A stretch of 64,000 nucleotides of DNA from Candidatus Poribacteria bacterium (GCA_022394755.1 JAGFCA010000028.1:3237-67236); one strand, 5' to 3'; positions 39,275 through 50,627 are shown, numbered from the stretch's first letter. Notes: generated from the letters alone by a model not told the origin. Made by a program: numbers and translations.

Positions 39275-41944
39275 GTGACAAAAATTGAAACACCGCGTCC
39301 AGAATATCCAAGACCCGATTTTCAACGAGGCACCTCCGAAGGAATTGATTGGATAAACCTAAACGGCACATGGGAATTTGCTTTTGACCCAAATGATATC
39401 GGTAATAAAGAAGAATGGTTTTTACCCAATGGGAATAATTTTCCACTGCAAATACAGGTCCCGTACCCATGGGAAAGCCTTGCAGCGTGGGGAGAAGAAG
39501 ACCAAGCAAATAGCGAGAATTACCTTAGCACAAATGCTTATCTTACACCTGAAGAAGTTACCTGTGGTGGTCTAAGCCGCGAAGGAAATTATCGTGGTGA
39601 ACCACGACATACTATTGGGTGGTACCGAAGGTCTGTTTCTGTTCCTGAGAATTGGAACGACAAACGTGTAATTTTGAAATTCTGTGCTGTTGACTGGGAA
39701 ACAACAGTGTGGGTGAATGGTAAAGTCATTGGTAGCAATGAAAACGGTTACCTTCCCTTTGAATTTGATATAACAGATGCACTTACCCTCGGTAAACCAG
39801 CAGATATTGTTGTCCGTGCGTATGATGCACAAGACCACAGTGAACAACTTGCTGGAAAACAGATTGGTTGGTATACCCGTACCAGTGGCATTTGGCAGCC
39901 TGTTATTCTGGAACCCAGAAACGAAACATATATAAATCAATGCCACATAACTCCCGATATTGACAACAGCACTGCAGCTTTTGATGTTACGGTAGATGGT
40001 AATATCGCATCTGGCACCGAAATACATTGGGAATGTGAGGATATGTCAGGGAAGGTTGATGCTGCAGATAAGACAGAATTCACCGTCAATATCCCATCAG
40101 AAAAACTCAGACTCTGGGATGTAGATACACCTAACCTATACAATGTGACACTCAAGTTGGTATCTGGTGAATCTGTCATTGATAGAATTTACACATATTT
40201 CGGAATGCGAAAAGTTTCTATTGAGAAGGCACCGGGTGGTGATTATAATTATATCTACCTAAACAACCGTCCAATATATCTTTTAGGTGCATTAAATCAA
40301 TCATTTACACCTGACGGGGTTTATACCTTTCTGACAGATGAGGCTATCCGAACCGATATTGAACGCGCTAAAGAATTTGGTTTTAACTTTCTACGGCTTC
40401 ATATCAAAATTGATGAACCGCGACTCTACTACTGGGCAGACAAATTGGGTATGCTCTTTATGTGCGATATTCCCAACTTCGGTAACTATACCGAAGTGGC
40501 AAAAAGTAGATTAGAAACTGCACTTCGGGGAAACATTGCACGCGATTTCAACCACCCGTCCATAATCTCCTGGTGCGTTTTCAACGAAACATGGGGACTC
40601 GGTGGCGGAGAATTCAAAGAACTAAAAGATCGTCAAGAATGGGTAAGAGAGATGTATCACTTAGCAAAATCAATTGATCCTACTCGTCTTATTGAAGATA
40701 ACTCTCCCTGCCTTTATGACCACGTTGAAACGGACATCAACTCTTGGCATTTCTATATAAACGATTACAAACACGCGAAAGATCATATTGCAAATGTCGT
40801 GGAACAGACATATCCCGGTTCAAAATTTAATTACGCAGGGGATAATGCACAAACAGATGCCCCTTTAATTAATAGCGAATATGGCGGTATTAGCGCTGGG
40901 GCAGGTGATAAAGATGTCGCTTGGTGCTTTAAGTATCTGACAAACGAGTTACGCCTACATCCGAAAATCTGTGGATACATCTATACCGAATTGCAGGATA
41001 TTGAATGGGAACACAACGGTTTCATGAACTATGACCGTTCTGTAAAGGAATTTGGATACGATTACAACGACATCAACACGCTTGATTTTATTGCTATTGA
41101 CTATCCACCCGGGACAGTCGTTGCTCCTGGTGACATCGTACAAGCCGATATCTATGCCAGTCACTACTCAGACAAAACGATTAACGGCACTACGCTCCAT
41201 TGGCAACTGGATACTCTTGAGCAGAACGGTGATTTAACGCGTAGACGGGTAAGTGGCAGTGTTGGTATTCCTTTTCCGCAGTATCAAGTAGAACAGGTAC
41301 ACCAACTTGAAATTACCATACCAGAAGTTAACTCGTCTGTTGGTACGCTCCATGTATGGGTATCTGATGATAGTGGTGCAGTAGTTGCCCGAAATTACAT
41401 CAATTTTGAAATCTATCTGGAAGACAGTTCTGGTCTCACCTCACTTTCGCATCTTCCAGGGGACATCTCTACCAGTAAATGGGATGCCGGTTCCGAAATA
41501 ACCGAACAACGTCTTACTGCACAAGGTGCAGGTTACGTTGAATACCAGGTGTCTCTCCCTGATGATGTAATCCGTGAAGAGATTACCAAGATGGAACTTG
41601 TCTTTGAGGCATCTTCATCAAACGGGGGTTCACGACAAACTGAACCTGAAAAATATCCATCGGATGTTACAATTTCTGTAAATGGTACTGAGGTAGAAAC
41701 CATAACACTCCCTGATTGTCCTGCAGATGCACGTGGTGTCCTCACTTATATCCACGAAAACCTTGGCAACTACGGTTACCTGTATCGGATACCATTAGAT
41801 CAGGAAACATGTCTGAATGGTGTCACAGATACACTTACGGTACGTTATGAAGTCAAAGGTAATGCCGAAAACAGAGGTGGACTCACTCTCTACGGTAACC
41901 GCCGTGGAAGATATCCGACCCCACCACACATTGTTATTTCATAA
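39275..41944 (+). CDS. Glycoside hydrolase family 2
   Basis: PRPEYPRPDF, WINLNGTWEF, SGIWQPV, FGMRKV, RDFNHPSIISWCVFNETWG and SEYGG. Confidence 0.9.
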   Translation: MTKIETPRPEYPRPDFQRGTSEGIDWINLNGTWEFAFDPNDIGNKEEWFLPNGNNFPLQIQVPYPWESLAAWGEEDQANSENYLSTNAYLTPEEVTCGGLSREGNYRGEPRHTIGWYRRSVSVPENWNDKRVILKFCAVDWETTVWVNGKVIGSNENGYLPFEFDITDALTLGKPADIVVRAYDAQDHSEQLAGKQIGWYTRTSGIWQPVILEPRNETYINQCHITPDIDNSTAAFDVTVDGNIASGTEIHWECEDMSGKVDAADKTEFTVNIPSEKLRLWDVDTPNLYNVTLKLVSGESVIDRIYTYFGMRKVSIEKAPGGDYNYIYLNNRPIYLLGALNQSFTPDGVYTFLTDEAIRTDIERAKEFGFNFLRLHIKIDEPRLYYWADKLGMLFMCDIPNFGNYTEVAKSRLETALRGNIARDFNHPSIISWCVFNETWGLGGGEFKELKDRQEWVREMYHLAKSIDPTRLIEDNSPCLYDHVETDINSWHFYINDYKHAKDHIANVVEQTYPGSKFNYAGDNAQTDAPLINSEYGGISAGAGDKDVAWCFKYLTNELRLHPKICGYIYTELQDIEWEHNGFMNYDRSVKEFGYDYNDINTLDFIAIDYPPGTVVAPGDIVQADIYASHYSDKTINGTTLHWQLDTLEQNGDLTRRRVSGSVGIPFPQYQVEQVHQLEITIPEVNSSVGTLHVWVSDDSGAVVARNYINFEIYLEDSSGLTSLSHLPGDISTSKWDAGSEITEQRLTAQGAGYVEYQVSLPDDVIREEITKMELVFEASSSNGGSRQTEPEKYPSDVTISVNGTEVETITLPDCPADARGVLTYIHENLGNYGYLYRIPLDQETCLNGVTDTLTVRYEVKGNAENRGGLTLYGNRRGRYPTPPHIVIS

Positions 41945-41960
41945 TAGGAGGAATAGTTGA

Positions 41961-43040
41961 ATGTCAACACCGCAATTCTTATTTACTCGTAACCCTGGTT
42001 TAGAACGTTCATGGCCCTTCGTCCACGAACAGATGGTAAAACGTCTGGAAAACTTAGGCGTAACCCTCGTCCTCAACACAACCAGCCAAGATCCTATCCA
42101 TCAACAGGTGGATCTCAGCGAAGTTATCGGAATTTCACAATGGGGTGGCCGCCTCACTGATGAGTGTATAGATAACGCACCAAAACTCAAGGTCGTCGGT
42201 ACAATGACAGATAACACAGGACACGGTATCCCGTATGCAAAATGTCAAAGTCGTGGTATACCGGTGATTGAATCCACACGAGCTTGGTCACAATCTGTAG
42301 CTGAGTGTGCATTCGGTCTTGCATTGTCTTCGTTACGCCGTACAGCACAATGGCATATGAAGATGGCTACCGGTGAAAAACTGTGGGATTGGGAGAACCC
42401 TATTTGGGGACCTCAAAAATTACCCGTTGCACATCAATACTGTGATGATCCTGATTTTGTCAACGGGGATCTGGGTACCAAGCAGATCGGTGTTATCGGT
42501 CTTGGACAAATTGGTGGAAAGATAGCGAAATGGTGTAGTGTATTCGGCGCAACCGTTATGGGTTTTGACCCGTACGTACCAGATGAACTTCTTGCTGAAT
42601 GGGATGTAGAACGTGCTGATATGGACACACTGGCTGATAGAGCAGATATTGTTTTTGTTTCTGTCCCTCCAACACCATCCGCTCGCCATCTACTAAACCG
42701 TGAACGTATTGAACGTCTACGTAAGGGTGCGTTAGTTGTTATTATTACACGTGCACATGCTGTTGATATGGAAGCTTTGCGTGAACGGATTGTAAAAGAC
42801 GAACTCGCTGGTGCGTTTGATGTTTATGATAGGGAGCCAGTACCAATTGATGACGAACTTCGGAACCGGGATAACGTCGTTCATACACCACATATCGCAG
42901 GTAGGACTGAGGATTCGAATTTACGTGTTGCTGATATGATTGTTGACGATTTTGAACGTGTACTAAAGGGAGAAAAACCTCTTGGTGCGTTAACACTAGA
43001 GGCAATTAAGGTTCGTACGGCTGATAATCCGAATGAGTAA
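41961..43040 (+). CDS. D-isomer-specific 2-hydroxyacid dehydrogenase
   Basis: SVAE, GVIGLGQIG, TRA, DVYDREP and TPHIAG. Confidence 0.9.
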   Translation: MSTPQFLFTRNPGLERSWPFVHEQMVKRLENLGVTLVLNTTSQDPIHQQVDLSEVIGISQWGGRLTDECIDNAPKLKVVGTMTDNTGHGIPYAKCQSRGIPVIESTRAWSQSVAECAFGLALSSLRRTAQWHMKMATGEKLWDWENPIWGPQKLPVAHQYCDDPDFVNGDLGTKQIGVIGLGQIGGKIAKWCSVFGATVMGFDPYVPDELLAEWDVERADMDTLADRADIVFVSVPPTPSARHLLNRERIERLRKGALVVIITRAHAVDMEALRERIVKDELAGAFDVYDREPVPIDDELRNRDNVVHTPHIAGRTEDSNLRVADMIVDDFERVLKGEKPLGALTLEAIKVRTADNPNE

Positions 43041-43435
43041 GGTTGATTGTATAGTAGTAGGCATGCTCCGTGTGCTGTAAACCCGTTGTATGGAATGCGG
43101 ATGGAGTGTGTCTATGATGTTTTATGAAACGGAAAATAGCGGTTACGGATTTTTTACCTGTTTATGACAAGTAATACAAAGTATGTCATACCTTCTAAAA
43201 AGTGTATGAACAAACCGTGGGATACAAATGGCAAGACACCTTTACAACCACAAATGTTTTAATATAGGAAAGACAACAAAATTATCCGTTTGTAAACAGT
43301 TAATTATCGTTTGTGGTTGATGTTGTAGTATTTTAAATGTATAATAAGACTTACGGAATGTCTATTAAAACAAAATTAATCTTCATATTATACCCCTTCA
43401 TATAATATAGTGTCTTTTATAAAAAGGTTAGTGTT

Positions 43436-44533
43436 ATGAATGCATTGTCAAAAGATAATAAATCCGTAGTTATTTCTGCTGTGGATCTATTTTGTGGTGT
43501 TGGCGGTCTGACTTATGGTCTCCACAAATCAGGTATAAACGTAGCTGCTGGAATAGATGTTGACCCAACGTGCCGGTATGCATACAACAAAAATAATGAA
43601 GCTGAGTTTATTGAACAAGACATTCGTGAAATAACAGCTGATGATCTTAACGATTTCTATCCAGAAGGTCATCTCAAATTACTCGCTGGATGTGCCCCAT
43701 GCCAACCATTTTCATCTCTACCTAAGAATAGAAGACAACCTGCACAAAATGATGAAAAATGGAACTTACTATCTGAATTTGGGAGACTGGTTGAAGAAGT
43801 TGTACCTGAACTTATCACATTTGAAAATGTTCCGCCAATTCGGCATCAGAACATATATTTAGAGTTTCTTGATAAATTGAAGTCTCTTGGTTATAAATTT
43901 GATTCCGATATAGTTTACTGTCCCAATTATGGAGTTCCACAGATACGGCGTCGGCTTGTTGTTATAGCCTCTATCTTGGGGAAAATCGATCCTCTTTGTG
44001 AAACACATTCACCGTATGGTCACAATGGTTTAGAACCTTATTCAACCGTTAGAGATACAATAGGGAATCTCCCTAATATTGCTGCGGGGGAAAAGTGCGA
44101 AACTGATAAGTTACATGTATCACCAAGACTCTTAGATAAGAATATTGAACGAATTAAACAATCAAAACAAGGTGGAACATGGGACGATTGGCATAAGGAC
44201 CTACTTGCACCATGTCATAAAAAAGCGTCCGGACAAACTTATAAGTCTGTTTATGGACGTATGAAATGGGATGAACCTTCACCTACGATAACAACACAAT
44301 TTCATAATTATGGTAGCGGTCGTTTTGGGCATCCTGAACAGAATCGAGCCCTTTCAATTCGAGAAGGAGCTCTTTTGCAGACATTCCCGAAAGATTACGA
44401 ATTCGTTGATCACGATCATCCCGTTCAGATTCTCCAATTAGGAAAACATATTGGAAACGCTGTCCCTGTGAAACTTGCAACTACCATCGGCTATCATATA
44501 CAAGATCATGTAAAGGATTATTATCATGATTGA
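43436..44533 (+). CDS. DNA (cytosine-5)-methyltransferase
   Basis: DLFCGVGG, GCAPCQPFS, FENV, QIRRR, RALSIREGALLQTFP and IGNAVP. Confidence 0.95.
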   Translation: MNALSKDNKSVVISAVDLFCGVGGLTYGLHKSGINVAAGIDVDPTCRYAYNKNNEAEFIEQDIREITADDLNDFYPEGHLKLLAGCAPCQPFSSLPKNRRQPAQNDEKWNLLSEFGRLVEEVVPELITFENVPPIRHQNIYLEFLDKLKSLGYKFDSDIVYCPNYGVPQIRRRLVVIASILGKIDPLCETHSPYGHNGLEPYSTVRDTIGNLPNIAAGEKCETDKLHVSPRLLDKNIERIKQSKQGGTWDDWHKDLLAPCHKKASGQTYKSVYGRMKWDEPSPTITTQFHNYGSGRFGHPEQNRALSIREGALLQTFPKDYEFVDHDHPVQILQLGKHIGNAVPVKLATTIGYHIQDHVKDYYHD

Positions 44534-46517
44534 AGAAAAATATGAAATGAGTATTACCCTTAATGTCTTGAACCACCTCGGGATCAATCTTTACAGTAAT
44601 GTTCCTGCCGTTCTGTCTGAAGTTGTCGCTAATTCTTGGGATGCAGATGCATCAGTCGTTAACATTAAGATTGAACCTAAGTCAATTACCATTACAGATG
44701 ACGGTCATGGCATGGATGAAGTGGATATAAATAAAAAGTATCTCAACGTTGGATACAAGAAACGTGATGATACTAAAGTAACTGCTAAATTCAATCGTCC
44801 AGTAATGGGGAGAAAAGGTATAGGTAAACTCTCGCTCTTCTCTATTGCAGATACTATTGAAATACATACCGTGAAATCAGGAAATAAGTACGGATTTCGG
44901 ATGTCTGCCAAAGATATTGAAAACCTGACAGAACAGAATAATAGAAATAAAGAGAATAAATCATACTATCCGGAATCTTTGGATGACACTCATATAACTT
45001 TAGACGATAATGGAACTAAAATTGTTTTAACAAATATAAAAAAACGTACTTCAAATCTTGAATCCTATTTGCGTAAACGAATAGCACGCAGATTTAGTAT
45101 TATCGGGGACGAATATACCTTTTCAGTTAATATAAACGGTGAACCAATACAGATCACAGATAGGGACTATTTTCATAAAATGCGGTATTTATGGTACTTT
45201 GGAGATAAAAGTGAAGAATATATTGATTTATGCCAATTAGAAAAGGATGAATTCGCTGAGAAAATAGATGGAGCAATTGATATAGAGGGGGATACTCAAC
45301 ACTCAGTAACAGGTTGGATTGGAACCGTGCAGAAATCTGGGGATCTTACAGACAAAGAAGGGGATGAAAATCTTAATAAAATAGTGATTATGGTTCGTGG
45401 AAAACTTGCACAAGAAGATATCCTTGAAGACTTTAGGGAAGGCGGTCTTTATACAAAATACCTAATCGGTGAAATTCATGCAGATTTCCTTGACCAGAAT
45501 AATGAACCTGATATTGCAACCAGCAACCGGCAAGAAATCATCAAAGATGACCCTCGATATTTAGCTCTTCGAGATAGGGTTAATAGTGCATTAAAAATAA
45601 TTGAAAAAAAATGGTTGGCGCGTCAAAAGAAAAAAGGAGTAATTGACGCAAGAAAGATACCCGCAATCGATAAATGGTTGGATACCATGAGAGGTGACAA
45701 GAAGGAGAATGCGGAAGCTATTTTAGGTAAAATTGGTCAACTTGAATTAGACGATCATCAGCGGGTTGATCTATATAAGCATTGTGTTCTGGCTTTCGAA
45801 AATCTAATGTATAGAGAAAGGCTTTCAATGCTTGAAAACTTGACTCCTGAAAATTCTGCTGAGATAACCAAGATATTCGCTGAACATGCGGACGTTGAAG
45901 CTTCACACTATTATAAGATAGTTAATGAGCGACTCCATGTAATTGAAGTCTTTAGTAAACATGTTGAGGACAATGTTCTTGAAAAAGTAATACAAGAATA
46001 TCTTCCAAAACATTTCTGGTTACTTGATCCTTCATGGGAAAGAGCCAGTGATCATATGTATATAGAGCAAAATGTTACGACTGCATTTGATGTAATTAGT
46101 GAAAAGTTAACCGATGAAGAGCGTAAAGGACGAATTGACATCAGATATAAAAAAATGGCAGGACAAAACGTCATTATAGAGTTGAAGCGTCCGGGTGTTA
46201 AAATTAGTGAATCTGCATTATGGGAACAAGTTAGTAAATATAGAACTGCTTTGGAAAAACAACTTAATTTGATAGGTGCTGGTGATGATCCTATTGAAAT
46301 ACTCTGTGTTGTTGGTGAAGAACTCACAGATTGGACGACCACACAAAATCGCCAAATGTCAAAGGATAGTCTTGATAGGAAAAATACGCGTGTCTTACTT
46401 TATAGGGAACTCATTCAAGAAGCATATCAGAGTTATAAAGAATTTTTAGAAAAGAAAGAAGACGTTGGAAGAATATGTGAACTTATCAAAAATATTGATA
46501 TTGAATTTAGCACATAG
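44526..46517 (+). CDS. GHKL-ATPase-containing restriction endonuclease (HgiDII/BbrUII-like)
   Basis: EVVANSWDADA, DDGHGM and MGRKGIGKL (GHKL); C-terminal GRIDI..IIELKRP PD-(D/E)XK-like motif; 8-nt overlap with the MTase. Confidence 0.8.
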   Translation: MIEEKYEMSITLNVLNHLGINLYSNVPAVLSEVVANSWDADASVVNIKIEPKSITITDDGHGMDEVDINKKYLNVGYKKRDDTKVTAKFNRPVMGRKGIGKLSLFSIADTIEIHTVKSGNKYGFRMSAKDIENLTEQNNRNKENKSYYPESLDDTHITLDDNGTKIVLTNIKKRTSNLESYLRKRIARRFSIIGDEYTFSVNINGEPIQITDRDYFHKMRYLWYFGDKSEEYIDLCQLEKDEFAEKIDGAIDIEGDTQHSVTGWIGTVQKSGDLTDKEGDENLNKIVIMVRGKLAQEDILEDFREGGLYTKYLIGEIHADFLDQNNEPDIATSNRQEIIKDDPRYLALRDRVNSALKIIEKKWLARQKKKGVIDARKIPAIDKWLDTMRGDKKENAEAILGKIGQLELDDHQRVDLYKHCVLAFENLMYRERLSMLENLTPENSAEITKIFAEHADVEASHYYKIVNERLHVIEVFSKHVEDNVLEKVIQEYLPKHFWLLDPSWERASDHMYIEQNVTTAFDVISEKLTDEERKGRIDIRYKKMAGQNVIIELKRPGVKISESALWEQVSKYRTALEKQLNLIGAGDDPIEILCVVGEELTDWTTTQNRQMSKDSLDRKNTRVLLYRELIQEAYQSYKEFLEKKEDVGRICELIKNIDIEFST

Positions 46518-46936
46518 AACATGATGTTAGGAGTGGTAAATTATTTGATATTTTCAATAAAAAAGACAATCCTTTATTGATTTAAATGTATAAAATTAGA
46601 GGTTCATGTAGAGAATAAGTGCTAATAGAAAACAAGAATACCCATGTCCATTGACTTCGCTGAAAATGTTCGCACTCAATTCATACATGAGCGAATTAGA
46701 ATATTAACAATGAAAAGAAATCAGTAAGTTTGTAAAGACAGTTTGAGACAGTTATAAACCTTGTTCACTTTGAAATATGGATATTAAGTGACATTGGAAG
46801 GACAAGAATTCGGCTAATGTTTATAACAAAATATATGCAATCCGACCCGTAAGAGATATAATCGGAAACCCAGAATATCAGACAGTTTTGCAAAAGTGTA
46901 ATTATATCAAAGAGTGAGGCTGTTGAATGTTTATAT

Positions 46937-48184
46937 TTACTTGGAATCCTCTGCATAAGGCACAAGCACATCATCCACCGAACGCGTATTGGGAAACCAT
47001 CCAACTATCTTACGCAACACCTCATCAAGGAGGATATCTGGACAAGACGCACCCGCAGTCAAAACAATGTCGACAGGAAGTCTATTCGGTTTTTCAGTTA
47101 GCAGCCAATCCTCCGTCAACTGAACCTTTTTTGTTTCAAGACTCAGATGGCGAATCTGTACTGGACTGATTAACTCATCAGCGTCTCGTACAAAGTAGGT
47201 TGGAAGTTTATGTTCGCACAGTTCCACCAGATGACTCGTATTCGAGGAATTATATCCACCTACTACAACTGCTACATCTCCACCTTCAGCAATCAACGCT
47301 AACGTTGCATCTTGATTCTCTTTTGTTGCGTAGCACAATGTATCCTTTGTATCAGCAAAATGTTCTGCCAGATTAGCTTCACCATAACGTAGGACAATAG
47401 CTTTTCGTAATAAATCTGCAATCGCCTGTGTTTCAGTAGCAAGCATCGTTGTTTGATTAACAACACCGACCCGTTTTAGATGTAAATCTGGATGGAAACC
47501 TTCCGAATATCGGTCAGCAAACTTTGCAAAGAAAAAATCAGCATCTGCTTCTCCGCTAATTACTTTCGCAAGGTTTTCTGCTTCAGCAAGATCACGAACA
47601 ACAACAACAGGAGCTTCTGATTGAGCATGTGAAAAAGTGGCACGGGTCTCTTCATGGTATCGCTTACCATGAACAACAACCGTATAATCTTGCTTACCGA
47701 TTTCTTGACTACGTTTCCACACCTTTTCAACGAATGGACATGTAGTATTATAGGACGAGAGGGTAACACCGCGATTGTTGAGTTCTTCCTCAACCTCTAA
47801 CGTTGTCCCAAAGGCAGGTACAATTACGACATCGTCAGGGATTAACACATCAAACGGTAGTAACGGGTTTCCCTCTGTATCAGAGAGAAATTGTACACCG
47901 TGATGTCGTAAATTGTCGTTAACACGAGGATTATGAATTATTTCAGAGAGAAGGAATATTCGTTTATCAGGATTCTCTTCAAGGGCACGATAAGCAATCT
48001 CTACAGCGTTTTCGACTCCATAACAGAATCCGAAGTGGCGTGCAATCTTAAAACGAACAGGTCCAAAATCTAAAACGGAGGGGGATAGATCCCGTTTACG
48101 GGCATCCATATTTCGCCGTGATGCCTTAACGGTCGATATGATTGGACTTTCATAAAAACGAGGTATGTTAAATGTACGAGGCAT
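46937..48184 (-). CDS. ispH: 4-hydroxy-3-methylbut-2-enyl diphosphate reductase
   Basis: FGFCYGVENA, IIHNP, TCPFV, HEET, NQTT, TLCYAT..Q, SSNT and TAGASCP. Confidence 0.95.
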   Translation of the reverse strand: MPRTFNIPRFYESPIISTVKASRRNMDARKRDLSPSVLDFGPVRFKIARHFGFCYGVENAVEIAYRALEENPDKRIFLLSEIIHNPRVNDNLRHHGVQFLSDTEGNPLLPFDVLIPDDVVIVPAFGTTLEVEEELNNRGVTLSSYNTTCPFVEKVWKRSQEIGKQDYTVVVHGKRYHEETRATFSHAQSEAPVVVVRDLAEAENLAKVISGEADADFFFAKFADRYSEGFHPDLHLKRVGVVNQTTMLATETQAIADLLRKAIVLRYGEANLAEHFADTKDTLCYATKENQDATLALIAEGGDVAVVVGGYNSSNTSHLVELCEHKLPTYFVRDADELISPVQIRHLSLETKKVQLTEDWLLTEKPNRLPVDIVLTAGASCPDILLDEVLRKIVGWFPNTRSVDDVLVPYAEDSK

Positions 48185-48202
48185 CTTTGTTCCGAAGCAG
48201 CT

Positions 48203-48337
48203 TTAGGCACTTAGGACTCTTCTACCTTTAGCGCGTCTGCGGGCAATGGTTTTTCTTCCATGCCGAGTAGACATACGTTTTCTAAATCCGAGTTTATTTT
48301 TTCGTTTCCGCCTATGCGGTTGATAGGTACGTTTCAT
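48203..48337 (-). CDS. rpmH: 50S ribosomal protein L34 (not in ORF track)
   Basis: Translates to [44 protein letters not shown]; divergent from dnaA. Confidence 0.97.
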   Translation of the reverse strand: MKRTYQPHRRKRKNKLGFRKRMSTRHGRKTIARRRAKGRRVLSA

Positions 48338-48410
48338 TACTCTTATCCTTTCTATTGCTTAACTTTTTGGCACCGCATGGAATATTGATTTAACGCAATC
48401 AGCAACAATA

Positions 48411-48439
48411 AGGATACCCAATTTTTCTCATTTTGTCAA
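48411..48439 (-). promoter_or_regulatory. sigma70-like promoter for rpmH-ispH
   Basis: TTGACA-17 bp-TATCCT. Confidence 0.55.
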
Positions 48440-48813
48440 ATTATTCTGTTTAGAGAATCGTTATCAATTCCGTAAAAGCAACGTTAGTTATAATGATTTG
48501 TATAAAAACTATAAGATTTAAGCATGCGAGCACACCCATTTAGAATGTAATTATCAAACCAAAACAGACCATAATTTTACTTTTTTAAACAAAATTGTGG
48601 AAAGGATTCAGTTAGAATCCCGCTTAATTCCTACTACAAAATTTCTGAAAAAATAGGGCGTAAAAAGACCTTATTTTTTAATAAAAAATTACGCTGTTTT
48701 AATTTGATAATTAAATTTAATTCTGTATAATTCACGTTCGCGTCGTTAAGATTTGATTGGAAATATCCCAACTAATTACAGCTGTAATATTATAAATAAA
48801 TAGGAATATTCTC

Positions 48814-50148
48814 ATGAATCAGAACCCTGATAAACTCTGGTTAGATATCTTAGAGGATCTTGACGATTCTGCTGACGATGATGTCTATTTACGTCAAGCA
48901 AGACCTCATACTCTCACCGAAGATTCCTTCATCATAGCTGTTCCTTCTACATACACACAGGCTGAAATTGAGAATAGATATCTCAAGAATATTGATAAAT
49001 CATTAGCTGATCGAATGGGTGTAGACTGTACATTAAAATTTACCGTTGAACCACCACTTGAAAGTGAGACGGCATCCGAAGAACCAAAACCGCCTTCTCA
49101 AAACGGATCTTCTGAATCTGCCAGTTTAAATCCAAACTACGTTTTCGACAATTTTATTGTTGGGCAAAGCAATCGTATATGTCATGCAACTGCGTATTCA
49201 GTTTCAGATGACCCGGGCGCGGAGTATAACCCACTTTTTATTTATGGTGGTGTTGGACTTGGCAAAACACATTTATTACATGCTATTGGCAACAGAGTAC
49301 AGGAAAAAATACATGATTGTAAAGTTCTTTACGTCACCTCTGAGACCTTTATGAACGAGTATATTGAATCTATTGTCAAACGCACTTCAGCACAAGATTT
49401 CCGGAACAAATATCGTAAAACCGATCTACTATTAATTGATGACATTCAGTTCTTACAACGCAAAGAAGGTACACAAGAGGAATTTTTTAATACTTTCAAC
49501 GATCTGTATTTAAACTCAGGGCAAATCGTTTTGTCAAGTGACCGTTCACCAAGCATGCTTGAGAATCTTGAAGAGAGATTAAGCTCACGGTTTGAATGGG
49601 GTATGGTGGCGGAAATCGATAAGCCGAATTATGAGTTGAGACTGGCAATTCTACGAGGCAAATGTCAAGAACAAGGTCTGGATGATATTTCTGATGAAGT
49701 TCTAAATTATATAGCAGAAATCGTCACATCGAACATCCGTCAATTGGAAGGTACATTATTAAGCCTTAATACACGAGCGTCCTTTCTCGGTGAAAAGTTA
49801 GATCTCGATTTTGCACGCTCAGCACTAAACGATACATCAACTCGGAGCGGATCACGTCGTAAAGCAGTAACTGCTGCAGCTATACAACAAATGGTAGTAG
49901 ACCACTTTCACTTGGATAAGGATGACCTACTTTCTGCCAAACGGACTAAGGCTATAGCCTTCCCACGACAAGTCGCAATGTATTTATGCAGAGAACTCAC
50001 ACAACTTTCATTATTAGATATTGCTGAAGCATTTCATAGACAAAACCATACAACAGTAATACACGCATGCACACAAATAGAAAAATTAAGTTCTGAAGAT
50101 GAAGATACAAAAAAATTAGTAAATATGTTCATGGATGAGTTGACTTAA
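48814..50148 (+). CDS. dnaA: Chromosomal replication initiator
   Basis: YNPLFIYGGVGLGKTHL, LLIDDIQF, RLSSRFEWG, PRQVAMYL and HTTV. Confidence 0.98.
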   Translation: MNQNPDKLWLDILEDLDDSADDDVYLRQARPHTLTEDSFIIAVPSTYTQAEIENRYLKNIDKSLADRMGVDCTLKFTVEPPLESETASEEPKPPSQNGSSESASLNPNYVFDNFIVGQSNRICHATAYSVSDDPGAEYNPLFIYGGVGLGKTHLLHAIGNRVQEKIHDCKVLYVTSETFMNEYIESIVKRTSAQDFRNKYRKTDLLLIDDIQFLQRKEGTQEEFFNTFNDLYLNSGQIVLSSDRSPSMLENLEERLSSRFEWGMVAEIDKPNYELRLAILRGKCQEQGLDDISDEVLNYIAEIVTSNIRQLEGTLLSLNTRASFLGEKLDLDFARSALNDTSTRSGSRRKAVTAAAIQQMVVDHFHLDKDDLLSAKRTKAIAFPRQVAMYLCRELTQLSLLDIAEAFHRQNHTTVIHACTQIEKLSSEDEDTKKLVNMFMDELT

Positions 50149-50179
50149 CCTGCTCCCTGCCTAAGTTCTAAGGCTATAA

Positions 50180-50445
50180 ACACATGTTATGCACAATTGC
50201 TGTGCATAACTCCTAAATTCTTGTTGATAACTTGTTGATAACTTGTTGATAACTTCACTCGCGATAATTGTATTAACAAATTGTCAATAATTACAAAATT
50301 GAATACACATGTTATCAACACCCCTAATCTCAAATACCATAAACGATTAGAGCAGTTATCAACTTATGCACACCCCCTACTACTACTGCTAATTACAATT
50401 TTAAATTATATGTAATTATTAATATAATTAATATAGGTGAATAAT
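50180..50445 (+). other. Replication origin oriC
   Basis: DnaA-box variants TTATGCACA/TTATCAACA at 50187, 50201(rc), 50222/50233/50244(rc), 50312, 50356 and 50364. Then CCCCC, TACTACTACTGCTAATTAC trios and an AT-rich DUE. Gene strand bias flips here. Confidence 0.9.
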
Positions 50446-50627
50446 TACGAAATAGATAATTTTAAATTTAGGTTGTAGATAATAGGTATATTTGCAAGCA
50501 ATCATTATGGTATAGTTTATTAGTTGATATGAGATTTTTTTGAATGACAAGTTTATATAGTAAGGAAATTTCAAAATCTTATATTAAACTGAAGATAAAT
50601 ATATACACCCAAACGAGTGGAGTTTAG

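Noticed and set aside
50221..50254. Tandem 11-bp repeats (and 28027-28122 repeats) as a CRISPR array
   Set aside because: No unique spacers and no cas genes; explained by DnaA boxes and a microsatellite/local duplication.
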